NCBI GenBank assembly: GCA_002104905.1
Contig: MCFE01000200.1
Coordinates: 70,046 to 134,045, forward strand
Length of the DNA stretch: 64,000 bases
DNA from: Basidiobolus meristosporus CBS 931.73
Taxonomy: Eukaryota; Fungi; Basidiobolomycota
Direction of reading: 5' to 3'
The notes under the pieces are model-generated. The model had not been told where the DNA came from. It saw only the letters and a program-made list of their open reading frames with translations, and made no database searches. The stretch's first letter is position 1. Every line of letters begins with the position of its first letter. Position numbers and translations under genes: made by a program. Below, one piece after another: positions 12,683 to 26,320 of this stretch.

Positions 12683-15600
12683 CTTTAGTATATCATGAAT
12701 ATACTTGGATTGGCTTAGGATGATAGTTAAGGTACTTATGTCTATGTATAACTTCAACCCTAAGTGGTTACTGAGTCCTCCTACATCAGACATCTTGAAC
12801 TCTTTAGATAGATTAGATTTAGTCTCTTCCAATGTTGCTAGGTTATTGGCAACTATAATAAGATTATCCACATATAGAGCTAATAGAACTGGATTTCCTC
12901 TATCTGGTGGACAGTGTATACTGTAGTCAGTATTACTCCTTCTGAAACTCAAAGATTCCAAATAAGAATCTGCTTTGCTATTCCAGGCTCTTGGGGATTG
13001 TTTGAGTCCATATAGAGACTTTTAAGCTTGCAGACCAATTGGGGGTTATCTTGGTCCACAAACTCATCAGGCTGGTCCATATACATGCCCTCTTCAAGCT
13101 CTCCATTGAAATGAAGCTTTGATATCCACTTGATGAATAAAAAACTTATATTTGGCTGCAATAGCCACTGTCAGTCTGATGGAATTAAACTTGGCTACCA
13201 GTGCAAAGGTCTCAGTATAGTCAAGTCCTTTTGTTTGAGAGTATCCTTTGGCCACAAGTCTAGCTTTGTATCTTTCAATTGTACCATTGGACTTGTATTT
13301 TGTCTGAAAGACCCATCTGCATCCAATTGATTTTTGGTTGATTGGTAATTTGACCAAGTCCCAAGTTTGATTTTCCATTAGGGCCTGATATTCCTCAGTC
13401 ATTGCAGATCTCCAAAACTCTGACTGTGGGCAATTGAGGGCCGCTTTTACAGTCTGGGGCTCATCAATATGGACTGAATAGGCATAGGCTAATTTGAACC
13501 CTCATTGATATATAACTGGACTATTTCTTTTAGGGTTGGCTATCCAGGCATTTGATACTGGAATGATCACTTCTAGGAAATTCCTGGGAACTGATTCAGG
13601 CTGAATTATGGTGGTAGAGTCCTCTGGAGTGAAAATATTTTTAATGTTTTGCTCTGACTCAATCCTGATAATTGGTGGACTTGAAATTAGATTTTTATCA
13701 TCATCTGACGTCATTTTTTGTGAAAATTTTGAATTTTCATCAAACAACACATCCCTGGACTGAATCAGCTTCTTTGCTTTGGTATTGTAGAGTCTGTGTG
13801 CTTTACTTTCATTGTAGTAGCTCAAAAATAAGCATTTTACACTCTGTGGCCTCAATTCTGACTGATTTCCAGGCAGTTTCTTGGCATATGCTATACAACC
13901 AAATATTCTCAGATGTTCTGCCCTTGGTCTGTGTCCATACCATGCTTCAAAAGAAGTAGTATGGTAAAGTACTTGGTTACAGCTCCAATTTTTAAGGTAT
14001 ACAACTTTGGCAACTGATTCTGCCCAAAATTTGTAGGATAATTTTTGATCAATGGATCATAGATCTTGCCATATTAATTTTTTGATCTGGTTGCATGTTC
14101 TGCTACTCCATTTTGTTGTGGGGAGTATGGTACAGTGGCTTCTTACTTTATCCCATGAATTCTGCTGAAGTGGATGAAGAGTCTAGAGGCATATTCTCCA
14201 CCATTGTCAGAGCTTATTTTCTTGATTTTTTCATCAGTGTCACTCTTCACCATGGCTTAAAGCACCCTGAACTTGGACAGAGCTTCTTTCTTTCTCTCCA
14301 TGAAGTCAACCCATGTGTATCTTGTGTAATCATCAATAAAAGTGATTAAATAATTCATCCTGCCTAAGGATATATTTGCATAGGTCCACACAGATCTGAA
14401 TGAATTAGATCTAATTTTTTTAGTTTAATTAACCCAGGGCTCTTGAACAGATATCTGGCTTGTTTCCCATATATTCAGGCTTCACAGTGTTCCATATTAG
14501 CTGGGGGATCAATTTTTACTCCAAAAGTTAGCTGATCTTTGATTGTTTTGCGCAAATAATCAAAATTGATGTGTCCAAATCTCCTGTTCCAAAGCACTGG
14601 TGGTTCTTCATTTAGGTTACTTGTATTGGCATCCAGATAAGATGGAATACAAGGCAACTTATACAGATTCTGATCTCTGATACCCAAAGCAATATAAGCA
14701 TCATTTTAGTCAGTGATCCTCATCAGAATTGTCAAAGTTGAAACTGAGTCCTTCTGCTGTGGCCTTTTTTACAGATTGTAGATTCTTAGCTATTTCTGGT
14801 GCATAGAATGCTTCATCAAAGGTCAGTGTATGGGTTCCTTCACTGCTTCTAAGGCTTACTTGGATAGTTCCTTCTCCCACTGCATTGAGTGTTCTATTGT
14901 TGCCCATCAAAACCTTCCTAATTGGAATTTCTTGAGATTAGGTAAGAGGTTGTTTTTGTTGTGCAAAGTGCAGAGATGCTCCATAGTCAATATACCACAT
15001 CTGAGAATTCTTGGATGTGGCCATATTTATTGCAGATATGAATAGTCTTACTGCAGTTGTTCCAGCATTTCCATATTCAGGCTTTTTCTGCTCACTATCA
15101 ATCTTTTTGAAGCACCAGTCTAGTTGTGTGTCCTCTCCTTTTGCAGTGGTTGCAAAACAGGTTGCTATTGCCTTTAAAAGGTCTTGGGTATCTTTGCTAC
15201 TGGCAATCATTGCTTATAAAAGCATTTTCTTTTTTCTTCTTATTGGCACTTGGTTTTCTTAATTCTTCATCCAGGAGCCTTCTATATATGTAATTTAAGA
15301 TCAAATCTTCAGTTCAGAACTCTAGGGCTGATACAAGGCCCTGAAGCTTTTCTGTCAGGCTATTCAGGATGGTTACTATCACACCCTCATCAGTAGTTGA
15401 TATGCCCACAGATACCACCTCATCCACCAATAGGGTAATTCTGTTAATTAGATTTTTCATTTCTTCTCCTGGCAGCATCTTTGTAGTAAAGAATTTTTGC
15501 CTAAAGTACATATCTTGGCCGCTAAGCATGACTGGTAGATGTCTTCTAATGCCTTCAAGGCATTCTTTGCCAGTTTTGCTCTTGAGCTTTGGATTGGCAA

Positions 15601-17101
15601 TTTGTCTTTGACATCAAGGCAAATGCAGTTAAAGGCACTTTGTTCTTTCTTCTGGTACTTTAAGAACTCCTCTGCCATGTTTTTAGGAGGGTATTCTTCT
15701 CCCATGACAATTTCCCAAAGGCCTCTTTTTTGTAGCAGCATCTTTATCTTCACCTTCCACACTTGGTAGTTGCATCCATTCAACTTCTCAGGAGAGGGAG
15801 AATTTCCAGTAATATCAGTAGTAGCAATTACAGAGAGTGACAGCTCTGGGCACATAATCTGTTGCAAGAGTCTTGCTGATATTAGAAGTGATTAGGAGAA
15901 CAATCAGCTTATGTGGTTTTCACTTAATGATTTATTGAATGTAAGAATAGTATTTATACTTTTACATGGTCTTGGCATAACAAGCATGTAGAATAGGTTC
16001 AGGAAGGTCCCAAGAGCATGTGTGTAAAGTTTAGGGCTGCTTGGACAACTTTGAGAATTTTCATGTTCTGGGTACCTGGTATTTTGGTGAAAATATTCTA
16101 AATAAATCCTGACAAGGATTTTGGTCAGTATTCTCTAGGATTTGAAGGTAATGATCAAAGTCACTCAGATAGAAGAATACTTAGGTGGATTTACAAACTT
16201 TTGCAATAGGATCAGCCAAATGGCATTTTGGATTCTGAAGACACTGAGAAGATCAGTTAGCCTTGCAACCCAAGCTCAAGGCTGAAAATAACTATCAGGA
16301 GAATAAGGATAGTCAAAGCCCTTGTTAAGGAGAATCTTGCTTCTGCCAGTATATTCTGACAAGACAAAAGCAGCTGTATCAATTCAAATCAATAGAAGTA
16401 CTCTAAGCACAGCTACCAAATAACCTGTGGTATTGTCTGATACCAAACTAGGAAAACCAATTACTAGATGGGCATCAAATCTATTATAAATTAAGTAATC
16501 AATCCAAAGAAAGTCAGTGATATCTAAGGAAGACAAAGATGGCCATTCTGGATCATTTTTTGTGGATCTGAATCACTAAACAGACATAGCCCAAGGTAGG
16601 TCATTACTTCTTACCTTGTATAACATATATACTATGGAACTAACTGTCCCCCAGCCTAATATGGACACATAGAGCTGTTATCTAAATGAAATTGACTCTT
16701 GCCTGGAAACAAGAAAGCTCCAGATCTGCTGTAAATGAAAAAACCTTAGCTTGAGCAAAGGTGGGCCAGTTTTGCTGTTATAAGAAGCATTGAATAGCCC
16801 AGAGGCTTTATATCATTATTATGCTCTGACATTCAGACCCAGCTCATTATATGAGCCTGTGCAAGTGATCAAAGATGATTATTAGTATTTTGATTGGATT
16901 GTTCTGATCTTTATGAGTGCTATCAAGTAAATATGCACATTGAGTTGCAAGTCACCTGTTGAATTAACTTGAACACAAATGCATATACTGTTGGATAATA
17001 TATCAGTCCAGTATGCAATATGGTTAAATTTTTGGGCTGCATTACAGATTGCCCACTCTAAATATTTATTTGTTACTTATGAAAATTTTGTTGAGTGGAA
17101 G

Positions 17102-17450
17102 TGTTGTAATTATTAGGTTGTCACTTGAGTATTCATGCTAACTTAGCCACATAGATCTTTTTCTGAGATTAGCTTTCTGTCCTGACCAAATTTCTTGTTG
17201 GGATTTGCCTACAATATTTTCACCATAGTATCAGGTACCCAGATTATGATTGTTTGCAAAGTTGTCCAATAGCCCCCACACTTTGCACACAAACTCTTAT
17301 GAACTTCCTTAGCGAGCTTAACACACTTGTTTGCTCTACTTTATCAAAAGTACAAATACCATACTTTTGATCAATAATTCTACAAGTGAATAACATGTAA
17401 ATCCACTAGCTCCCCATATCACTTCAAATACTCCTCCAAATATTGTGGCA
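17102..17450 (+). repeat. Diverged LTR of a related copia subfamily in the opposite orientation
   Basis: 349 bp, begins TGTTGTAA after a PPT-like GAGTGGAAG; its core aligns with the reverse complement of the family LTR (GGGGCT.TTGGACAACTTTG...CTGGGTACCTG...GGTGAAAATATT). Confidence 0.6.
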
Positions 17451-17955
17451 AGAATGTCATCAAAATCCTGTCAAAGGACTGTTCAAACACTGCTAAGTTT
17501 ATTTAAGTATTTAGCAGTAAAATCAGTAAAATTAATGTTGTGATCCCATCATAAGATTGTAAGGAGGGTTGATAATTGCAAGCTGCTGGCATTATATGTT
17601 GTAAGAGTCTTGGAGATATTGGAAGTGATTGGGAGAACAAGTAGATTATGTGGTTTTCACTTAATGATTTATTGAATGTAAAAGTAGTATTTATACTTTT
17701 ACCTGGTCTTGGCATTACAAACACATAGAATAGGTTAAGGAAGGTCCCAAGAACATGTGTGCAAAGTTTGGGGCTGTTTGGACAACTTTGAGAATTTTCA
17801 TGTTCTGGGTACCTGGTATTTTGGTGAAAATATTCTAAGTAAATCCCGACAAGGAATTTGGTCAGTATTCTCTAGGATTTGAAGGTAATGATCTAAGTGA
17901 CTAAGTTAGGTGAATATTTAGGTGGAATTACAAATTTTTACAACACTCCACTCAG

Positions 17956-20900
17956 CTAAATGTTCATATTGACTAGTCCTAATTTTGACCTAAGATATTC
18001 AAACTTGTCTCTAGCTAATGGTTTGGTAAATATGTCTGCAATCATTTCATCTGTAGGACAGTAAACTAAGCTAACTAAGTGATTCTCTATAGCTTCACGT
18101 ATGAAATGATGTCTAATATCTATGTGCTTGGTTCTAGCATGAAAAGTTGGATTTTTACCTAATTGTATACATCCTTGATTATCTTGAAATAAAGTAATAG
18201 GCATTTTTTGACATAGGCCTAAATCGGTAAACAGCTTTCTTAACCACATTGCTTCTTTTGTAGCTTCACAGGCTGCCATATACTCTGCCTCTGTGGTGGA
18301 AAGTGCTACGGTTGGTTGCTTTCTTGAATTCCATGATATTGCTCCTTTACAGTAAAGAAAGGTGTATCCTGTGGTGGATCTTCTGTCTTCTAAGTTACAT
18401 CCCCAATCAGCATCAGAGTATCCCACAAGATCCTGTTCTGAATCCTTATAAGTATATCTTAAGCAGATATCAGCAGTTCCTTTTAGGTATCTAAAAATCC
18501 GCTTAACTGCTGCAATATGATCAGATCCATAATTCTGATTATGTTGGCTGACAACTCCCACTGGATATGAGATATATGGACGTGTTCCAAGCATGATATA
18601 CATCAGACTGCCGACCATAGATTGATAAGGAAAGTCAGGGCTTTCAGATGGCACCAAGCTCTCTTGATTTGGTTGAGTTTTGACCAAGTTAAGGTTTGTC
18701 TCCATTGGGGTAGCTGCCGGTTTACAGTCTTCCATTTTGTACTTCTTTAGTATATCTTGAATATACTTGCATTGGCTTAGGGTAATAGTCTGGGTACTTC
18801 TGTCTATGGAGAACTTAATCCCTAAGTAGTAACTAAGTTCTCCTAGATCGGACATCTTGAACTCCTTAGATAGGCTGGATTTAGTCTCTTCCAATGTTTC
18901 TAGGTTATTGGCGGCTATAATAAGATCATCCACATATAGAGCTAATAGAACTGGTTTTGCTCTATCTGGCTTATAGTATATACTATAGTCAGCATTACTC
19001 CTTTTGAAACTCAAAGATTCCAAATAAGAATCTATCTTGCAATTCCAGGCTCTTGGTGATTGTTTGAGACCATATAGTGACTTTTTAAGCTTGCAGACCA
19101 AATGGGGGTTATTTTGGTCAACAAACCCATCAGGCTGGTCCATATACACGTCCTCATCAACTTCTCCATTCAAAAATGCAGTTTTTACATTCATTTGATG
19201 AATAAAAAACTTATATTTGGCTGCAATAGCCAATAATAATCTGATGGAATTAAACTTGGCTACCGGTGCAAAGGTCTCAGTATAGTCAAGTCCTTTTGTT
19301 TGAGAGTATCCTTTGGCTACAAGTCTTGCTTTGTATCTTTCAATTGTACCATCAGCCTTGTATTTTGTCTTGAAGACCCATCTGCATCCAATTGATTTTT
19401 GGTTGATTGTAAATTGACTAAGTCCCAAGTTTGATTTTCCATTAGGGCCTGATATTCCTCAGTCATTGCAGATCTCCAAAACTTTGTCTGAGGGCTATTT
19501 AGGGCCTCTTTTACAGTCTGGGGCTCATCAATATGGACTGAATAGGCATAGGCTAAGTTTGTACCCTCATTAATATAGTAATTTGGGCTATTTCTTGTCC
19601 AATTTGATCTCCAGGCATTTGATACTGGAATGATCACTTCTGGGATATTCCTGGGCACTGATTCTGGCTGAACCACGGTTGTAGAGTCCTCTGGAGTGAA
19701 AAAATTATCATTGTTTTGCTCTGATTCAATCCTGACAATTGGTGGACTTGAGATCAAATTTTCGTCATCATCTGATGTCATTTTTTGTGAAAATCTTGAA
19801 TTTTCATCAAACAACACATCCCTGGACTTGATAAGCTTCTTTGCTTTGGTATTGTAGAGTCTGTATGCCTTACTCTCATTGCAGTAGCCCAAAAATATGC
19901 ATTTTACACTTTTTGGCTCAAATTTTGACTGATTTCCGGCCAGTTTTTTGGCATATGCTGTGCACCCAAATATTCTTAGATGTTCTGCACCTGGTCTGTA
20001 TCCATACCATGCTTCAAATGGAGTAGAATCACAAAGTATTCTGTTATAACTCCTATTTTTAAGGTATACAGCAGTGGCAACTGATTCTGCCCAAAAATCA
20101 TAGGATAATTTTTGATCATGGATCATAGATCTTGCCATATCAATTATTGATCTGTTAGCTTGTTCTGCTACTCCATTTTGCTGTGGGGAGTATGGTACAG
20201 TAGTCTCTTGCTTTATCCCATGAATTTTGCAGAAGTGGATCAAGAGTTTTGAGGTATATTCTCCACCATTGTCAGAGCGTATTTTCTTGATTTTTTCACC
20301 AGTTTCTCTCTCCACCATGGCTTTAAACTCCCTGAACTTAGACAGAGCTTCTTCCTTTCTCTCCATGAAGTAGACCCATGTGTATCTTGTATAATCATCA
20401 ATAAAAGTGATTAAATACTTCATCCCACCTAAGGATAAATTTTGCATAGGTCCACACAGATCTGAGTGAATTAGATCTAATTTTTTCTTAGTTTTGATTA
20501 ACCCAGAGCTCTTGAACGGTTGTCTGGCTTGTTTCCCATATATGCAGGCTTCACAGTGCTCCAAATTAGCTGGGGGATCAATTTTTACTCCAGAAATTAG
20601 CTGATCTTTGATCATTTTGCGCAAATAATCAAAATTGATGTGCCCAAATCTCCTGTGCCAAAGCATTGGTGTTTCTTCATTTAAGTTACTTATATTGGCT
20701 TCCAGATATGATGGAATATAAGTCAACTTGTATAGATTCTGATCTCTGATGCCCAAAGCAATATGAGCACCATTTTGATCAGTGATCCTGCATCCAGAAT
20801 TGTCAAAACTGAAACTGAGTCCTTCTGCTGTGGCCTTGCTAACAGAGAGTAGGTTCTTGGCTATTTCTGGTACATAGAGTACTTCTTTAAAGGTCAGTGT

Positions 20901-21925
20901 ATGGCTTCCTTTACTGCTTCTTAGGTTTACTTGGATAGTTCCTTCTCCCACAGCATCAAGTGTTCTATTGTCACCCATGAAAACCTTCTTAATTGGTATT
21001 TCTTGATATTGGGTAAAAAGTTCTTTTTGGTGTGCAAAGTGTTGAGAAGCTCCAGAGTCAATATACCATGTCTGAGAATCCTTGTTTGTGGTCATATTTA
21101 GTGCAGATATGAATAGTCTATCTTCAGTTGTTGCAGCATTTCCATATTCAGGCTTCTTTTGCTGATTATCTTTCTTTTTGAGACACCGGTCTGATGTGTG
21201 TCCTTTCCTTTTGCAGTAGTTGCAAAATAGGTTGCTGTTGCCTTTCTAGGGTCTTGGGTACCTACTTTGCTGGCTATCATTGCTTATTAAAGCATTTTCT
21301 TCTTCCTTCTTATTAGCACTTGATTTTCTTAATTCTTCATCCATGAGCCTTCCATATACATAATTTAAGGTCAAATCTTCAGTTCTGGACTCTAGGGCTG
21401 ATACAAGGCCCTGAAACTCATCTGTCAGGCTATTCCAGATGGTAACTATCACATCCTCATCAGTAGTTGGTATGCCCACAGATTCCATCTCATCTACCAG
21501 CAGGGTAATTCTGTTAATTAGATTTTTCATTTCTTCTCCTGGCAGCATCTTTGCAGTAAAAATTTTTGTCTCAGATACATTTTCTTGGCAGCTGAACATG
21601 ACTGGTAGGTGTCTTCCAATGCTTTCCAGGCATTCTTTGCCGTTTTTGCTCTTGAGCATTGAATTAGCAATTTGTCCTTGACATTAAGACAAATGCAGTT
21701 AAAGGCACTTTGTTCTTTCTTCTGGTACTTTAGGGCTTCCTCTCCCACGTTTTTAGGAGGGCATTCTTCTCCCATGACAATATCCCAAAGGCCTCTTTCT
21801 TGTAGCAGCATCTTCATCTTCACCTTCCACACTTGGTAGTTAGATCCATCCAACTTTTCAGCAGAGGGAAAAATTCCAGTAATAGCAGTAGTAGACATTG
21901 CAGAGAGTGACAGCTTGGGGCTCAT
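17956..21925 (-). pseudogene. Copia gag-pol polyprotein broken by frameshifts
   Basis: Gag (KLDGSNYQVW..KMKMLL), protease (WYIDSGASQH), integrase (WHRRFGH..CEAC; DLCGP, DDYTR, SDNGGEY), RT (YVDD) and RNaseH (GYSDADWG..DRRSTTGY), split across several frames. Confidence 0.92.
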
Positions 21926-21929
21926 AACC
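21917..21929 (-). other. Primer-binding site complementary to the anticodon arm of tRNA-iMet (half-tRNA priming)
   Basis: GGTTATGAGCCCC directly follows the 5' LTR and is the exact complement of nt 27-39 of the tRNA-iMet at 56856-56927. Confidence 0.85.
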
Positions 21930-22980
21930 TATTGTAAGAGTTTTGGAGATATTGGAAGTGATTGGGAGAACAAGTAGATTATGTGGGTTTTCACTCAATG
22001 ATTTATTGAATGTAAAAATAGTATTTATACTTTTACCTGGTCTTGGCATTACAAACATGTAGAATAGGTTAAGGAAGGTCCCAAGAACATGTGTGCAAAG
22101 CTTGGGGCTGTTTGGACAACTTATCTAATTTTCATGTTCTGGGTAAATATTCTAAGTAAATCCCAACAAGGAATTTGGTCAGTATTCTCTAGGATTTGAG
22201 GGTAATGATCTAAGTGACTAAGTTAGGTGAATATTTAGGTGGAAATACAAATTTTTACAACATATACAAGTGTGATTACTCAATCTATAGTACAACAGAT
22301 GCCTGTAGAGGAGCAGCTGGACAACAGCTTGCTTTGGCATTCAGCTCAAAAAACACCACTAGATCTGAGAATGGTGAGGCTAAAAGTGCACACACTGATG
22401 ATAACCATCTACTCTCCACTGACTCTGAAACAGGTAAGCAATTGAGGAGATATGTGGTGCAGCACACCACCCATAAAGTTCAAGTAGCTGAGACCGCAGC
22501 AACACACCACTTCAGGTAAAAGACCAGCAGATGGCCATCATAAAAGCACCACCGCTACTTGCAAGCATGATGACACCCTGTACCAAACCATCAGCAAGGC
22601 TATTGGGGGCAGCAGCCAATAGGATGGATGCAGTGGCCCAGAAAAATCAGGAATTGGTGCAGGGACCGGATGATGGGTGTAGAGCAAGTTGATATCCCAG
22701 GTGGAGAACACGGTCACTTTGCCGTAAAAATGAAGCTCGGCCAGCCATATGGTACAGACCCAGATTGGCCAGTTTCCCAGTATGATAACAGAGGTGTATA
22801 TTGTACAGTCTTTAAGGCACAACTACTCAAGGGAGGGCTGGCCATTTGACAGACAAGGGATTGAGCAGGTCAGTGAGGTTTCCCAAATAAGCTGAGATTT
22901 GATGAGGTGAGGTGGGGGATGGTGAGTAGGAGAGGTGGAGGCAGAGGGATGTGGGATGAAAGAGTGGAGTGAAGGTGGGT

Positions 22981-24628
22981 TCAGTAACCATGCTCCCGGA
23001 GGATATCTTGAAGAGTGGCCCCAGTGCCGATGATCATGGCCAGGAAGCCAAACACAACCAGTACCACGACAGCGACCTGGTCAGACCATCGGGGCTGGGT
23101 GAAGGAGCGGGTAGAGTGGGAGGAGGGGGCGACCAGGGGGGAATGCTCGGCAGGACTCCCGAGGCCGGGGGACCTCCAGTAGAGGGAGATGTAGATGGCC
23201 GCGGGCATCAGGTAGGCCAGCCCGGAGGAGCAAACGGCCCCGATCAACTCGTACGTCTTCCCGAGGTCCCGGACGAGCACTGAGGTGACCACGCACAAGG
23301 AGAACAGGCCAAGAGTGGTGAAGAGGTGCTCCCTCCTGGTGGGCAGTTTCGTCTCAGTCTCGAAACCGAGCACGACGTTCCAGGTGGATCGGGCGGGGTA
23401 GAACTGAGGGGGAGGGGTTAGTCGGGAGGGGGATGGGGAGGGGGTGTAAGGAAGGGAATGGTCACTTACCATCATGGGGAATGTCAGTACCATGGTGATC
23501 ACCATGCAGAGTCGGGCGAAGTTGATGTACGGGTCGGTGGGTGGGAAACTCTTGAAAATGTTGTCTTGAACCTGATCACCGAACGAGACGTACCCAACGA
23601 TGGCGAACAGGAGGTAGCAGAAGAGGGATCCGGAGACCGCGTACCCGGTGACCCGAGACCACCTGGTGGAATTTGGCCTCGCCAGGCTAAGGTAGTTCAT
23701 GAAAGCGACCGGGGTGGTGACATACGAGAATCCCATGATGCCTAGAACGAATCGGACGGTTAGCGAACTTGCAGATATTCAGTCCTAGCCCTAGCCCTAG
23801 CCCTATCCCCAGCTCCAGCTCCACACCCTTACCTATAGCCGGGAATACGTTCTCGCCGAACCAATCGTACCGCGGGTGATGCTCCTTGGAATAGAGGGGA
23901 GCCCGCAGGGCGACGATCACCACCATGATCGGCAGGCAGATCACCGAGATGATCGATAGCTTGGCCAACGAGCTCGGGGTGCGCCAGAAGCATATCGGAA
24001 GAACAAACAGCAAGGAGACGATCACGATCGTCCAGGCGCGACTCTGGAAGAGCCCCACGTGGGGGAAGTACACCTGGGCAAGCACGGGCAGGGTGTCTCC
24101 GATAACTAGGTCAAGGCAAAGGTGAGTGCGTGAAACGGAGGGGAGTCTCGAACCTGGACTACCAACTCATAAGATAGGTGATGGCGCTGCCGAAGCAATC
24201 CACCCAGTTGATGAAGTTCAGGAAGTGGAACCCGGCCTTGCCAAGGGAGTGCTCCGCGAGCAGGCCGTACTCGTATATGCCGGCCTTTCTGCCCGACCGG
24301 ACCAGGAGGTTCAAGGAGAGGTGGGTGAGGTATGCCACGAAGGCCAGGAACAGGATCCCCACGAAGAATCCCGCTTCCTTCAAGGCGAACGGAAGTCCGA
24401 AAATGCCGGAGCCGATGATGCAGTTCAGCAGGTTGAACGACACTACAGGGTCCAGTTAGTATTTCGCGCGATCCGACGACCATTGACTAGGCGGGGCTTA
24501 CCTTCCGGGATGGTGGACGTTCCCGCTTCTTCTCGGCTCGTCTCGGGGACGCCCTCTTCGGCGAGGGCTCGCGAGGACTTTTGGGGCTCGTCGGTTGGGT
24601 CTATGGTGTGGTCGACATTTTCGGCCAT
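22981..24628 (-). CDS. Amino acid transporter, Aa_trans/AAAP family (AVT2/SLC38A11-like), multi-exon
   Basis: ATG at 24628; intron 24501-24443 (GTAAGC...CTAAC...TAG); motifs SFNLLNCIIGSGIFGLPFALKEAG and NFARLCMVITMVLTFP; multiple hydrophobic helices; stop at 22981. Confidence 0.85.
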
Positions 24629-25309
24629 TAGTAACTGCGAGGTGTCTTCGAAGTGGGCCCACAAGCGGTACTAGATTAGGACGAGGTCGGTTCGGGGACC
24701 TACTCGTGAGGATGGGAGAATTTTTCGGTGGCCATGATGACTGGTTGGGCGATAGGTGCCCACCAAACCTTATGGCCAATATCAGTGGGGGCATGTGATA
24801 CGGCTGAGTAGCTGAAAATGGAAATTGGCTGTGAGTACCGCCATGCTCTCGTCCAGTGCTCGCAACAAGTGCACAATGTCTCTGGATGAGGGGCGATGCT
24901 GAAACATAGGTCAGAAAATGCCATGAGAGTATCGTACGAATTGGGCCCGTTCTTGATGGGGAATATTGAACGGAATGGACATGCTCTCCGTGGCGCGTGT
25001 TTCTCTACTTTCGAGGAAAGGGCGACCGGGAGGGGTCTGCTGCCATCGGGGGATCGTATTGCCCAGGAACCCAGGTAAAACGAACAGCCATCAAATCTTA
25101 ATTACCTTGGATTGCTACAAATGGCCCAGTCTAGATGAGATGGCCACATGCTGGCATCCATCCACGATCTGGCCGCACTGGGACGGCGTTGCTTATGGAC
25201 ATCCCGAGGCCAAATAGGGCTCGTGCGGAGAAGGTCCCTCCGATCCAATATAAAAAGCCGACATCGCAAACCGAGCCCCGCCGTAACTCACGCCACCGGC
25301 CCACCCACC

Positions 25310-26320
25310 ATGACGAAAACGCTCTTCCAGATCCAAACCGCGCAGGAGATCTTCTACCACGACCTGCACAACTGGCAGAGGGACCCGGTGATCCGGGGGA
25401 ACCTGCTACTCTTCCCCAGCAGACCACTCTCCATCCGGCAGATACGGCTGCGCTTCGTCGGCCGGGTGCACATCAAGTACACCTACCAGAGATTTGAGAA
25501 GGTGCTGGTGGAGAAGATGTGGAACTTCCTTCCGGAGGACGGCCCGACCTACACGTTCGCCCCACAGGCCCACTCGATCGGGTTCCACTTCGAATTCCCC
25601 GGGGAGCTTCCCGAGTCGCTACAGGCCGCCCACGGTAGGATCGAGTACGCCCTCCACGCCACAGCGATAACCTCGCTGTTCAAGGTGAACCTACACACCA
25701 AGAAGATCATCCCGGTGCGCAGGATCTTGGGGCCGATCCTGGGCGCCGATTACTCCACCCGCTGCCAAGGAAGCCGCCAGGGCCTGGTCGAATACGCAGT
25801 CAGCATCCCCACCCTTGAATACAGCCACGGGGATCACATCCAGGTGGATTTCAAGATCCATCTGCCCCAGATGAAGGTCAAGCCCAAGTTCGTTGCGTGC
25901 GGTCTCCGCGAGCACACGGTCTACCGCATTCCAATGGACCAATGCAACACCCAGAAGTACTTCAAGGAGTCCTGGGTCATGGCCACCGTGGAGTCGTACC
26001 GGTCGGACGAGGCCGAGGTGTCACTCCACATGAGAGTCCCCCAGTCCCCGGAGGAGATCCACTGCAGCTACCGCTCCGAATACGTGGAGATCTCCCACTT
26101 CGTGTACGGGCAGATCCAGTTTCCCGGGGTCAATGTTCAGGTTGGCTTTCCAGTGTTGATCACGAATAAGATGGTCGCCACACCCGCATTGCCCCCCGCC
26201 TACTCAGACTCCCACCTCCAGCAGCCCCCCTCCTACCCCAGCATCCCGCTCATTGCACATACCACCAAGCCCACTCGCCGCATGTCCATACACAACCCCA
26301 TTGCCATCCTGTCCCATTGA
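25310..26320 (+). CDS. Alpha-arrestin (ART family), intronless, about 336 aa
   Basis: Arrestin N/C-like sequence (IRLRFVGRVHI, FHFEFPGELPESLQAAHGRIEYALHA); C-terminal PPAY and PPSY motifs; TATAAAA at 25249 and CACCATG start context. Confidence 0.85.
   Translation: MTKTLFQIQTAQEIFYHDLHNWQRDPVIRGNLLLFPSRPLSIRQIRLRFVGRVHIKYTYQRFEKVLVEKMWNFLPEDGPTYTFAPQAHSIGFHFEFPGELPESLQAAHGRIEYALHATAITSLFKVNLHTKKIIPVRRILGPILGADYSTRCQGSRQGLVEYAVSIPTLEYSHGDHIQVDFKIHLPQMKVKPKFVACGLREHTVYRIPMDQCNTQKYFKESWVMATVESYRSDEAEVSLHMRVPQSPEEIHCSYRSEYVEISHFVYGQIQFPGVNVQVGFPVLITNKMVATPALPPAYSDSHLQQPPSYPSIPLIAHTTKPTRRMSIHNPIAILSH

Larger units (their letters stand above)
11280..16208 (-). mobile_element. Degenerate Ty1/copia LTR retrotransposon
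   Basis: LTRs 11280-11627 and about 15860-16208; fragmented gag, PR, IN, RT and RNaseH collinear with the 17597-22262 copy. Confidence 0.85.
17597..22262 (-). mobile_element. Near full-length Ty1/copia retrotransposon (least decayed copy)
   Basis: LTRs 17597-17945 and 21930-22262 (about 95% similar by eye, plus a short deletion); PBS and PPT present; gag-PR-IN-RT-RH order. Flanks TTATA and TATAC do not form a perfect 5-bp TSD. Confidence 0.95.

Noticed and set aside
17592-22267. TSD for the best-preserved copia
   Set aside because: Flanks TTATA and TATAC match only as a 4-bp TATA while the family makes 5-bp TSDs. No TSD is claimed, and the element may be recombinant.
22628-22849. Protein-like short ORF (VDIPGGEHGHFAVKMKLGQPYG...) at the TE/gene-island border; 22310-22450 also resembles 680-830 inverted
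   Set aside because: Family not recognisable and the region is CpG-poor repeat-like DNA. Probably a decayed TE fragment; needs a homology search.
1-22900. Classical RIP as the cause of TE decay
   Set aside because: The diagnostic changes I could align are at CpG rather than CpA, and the PEPCK repeats are unmutated. A full context count is still needed.
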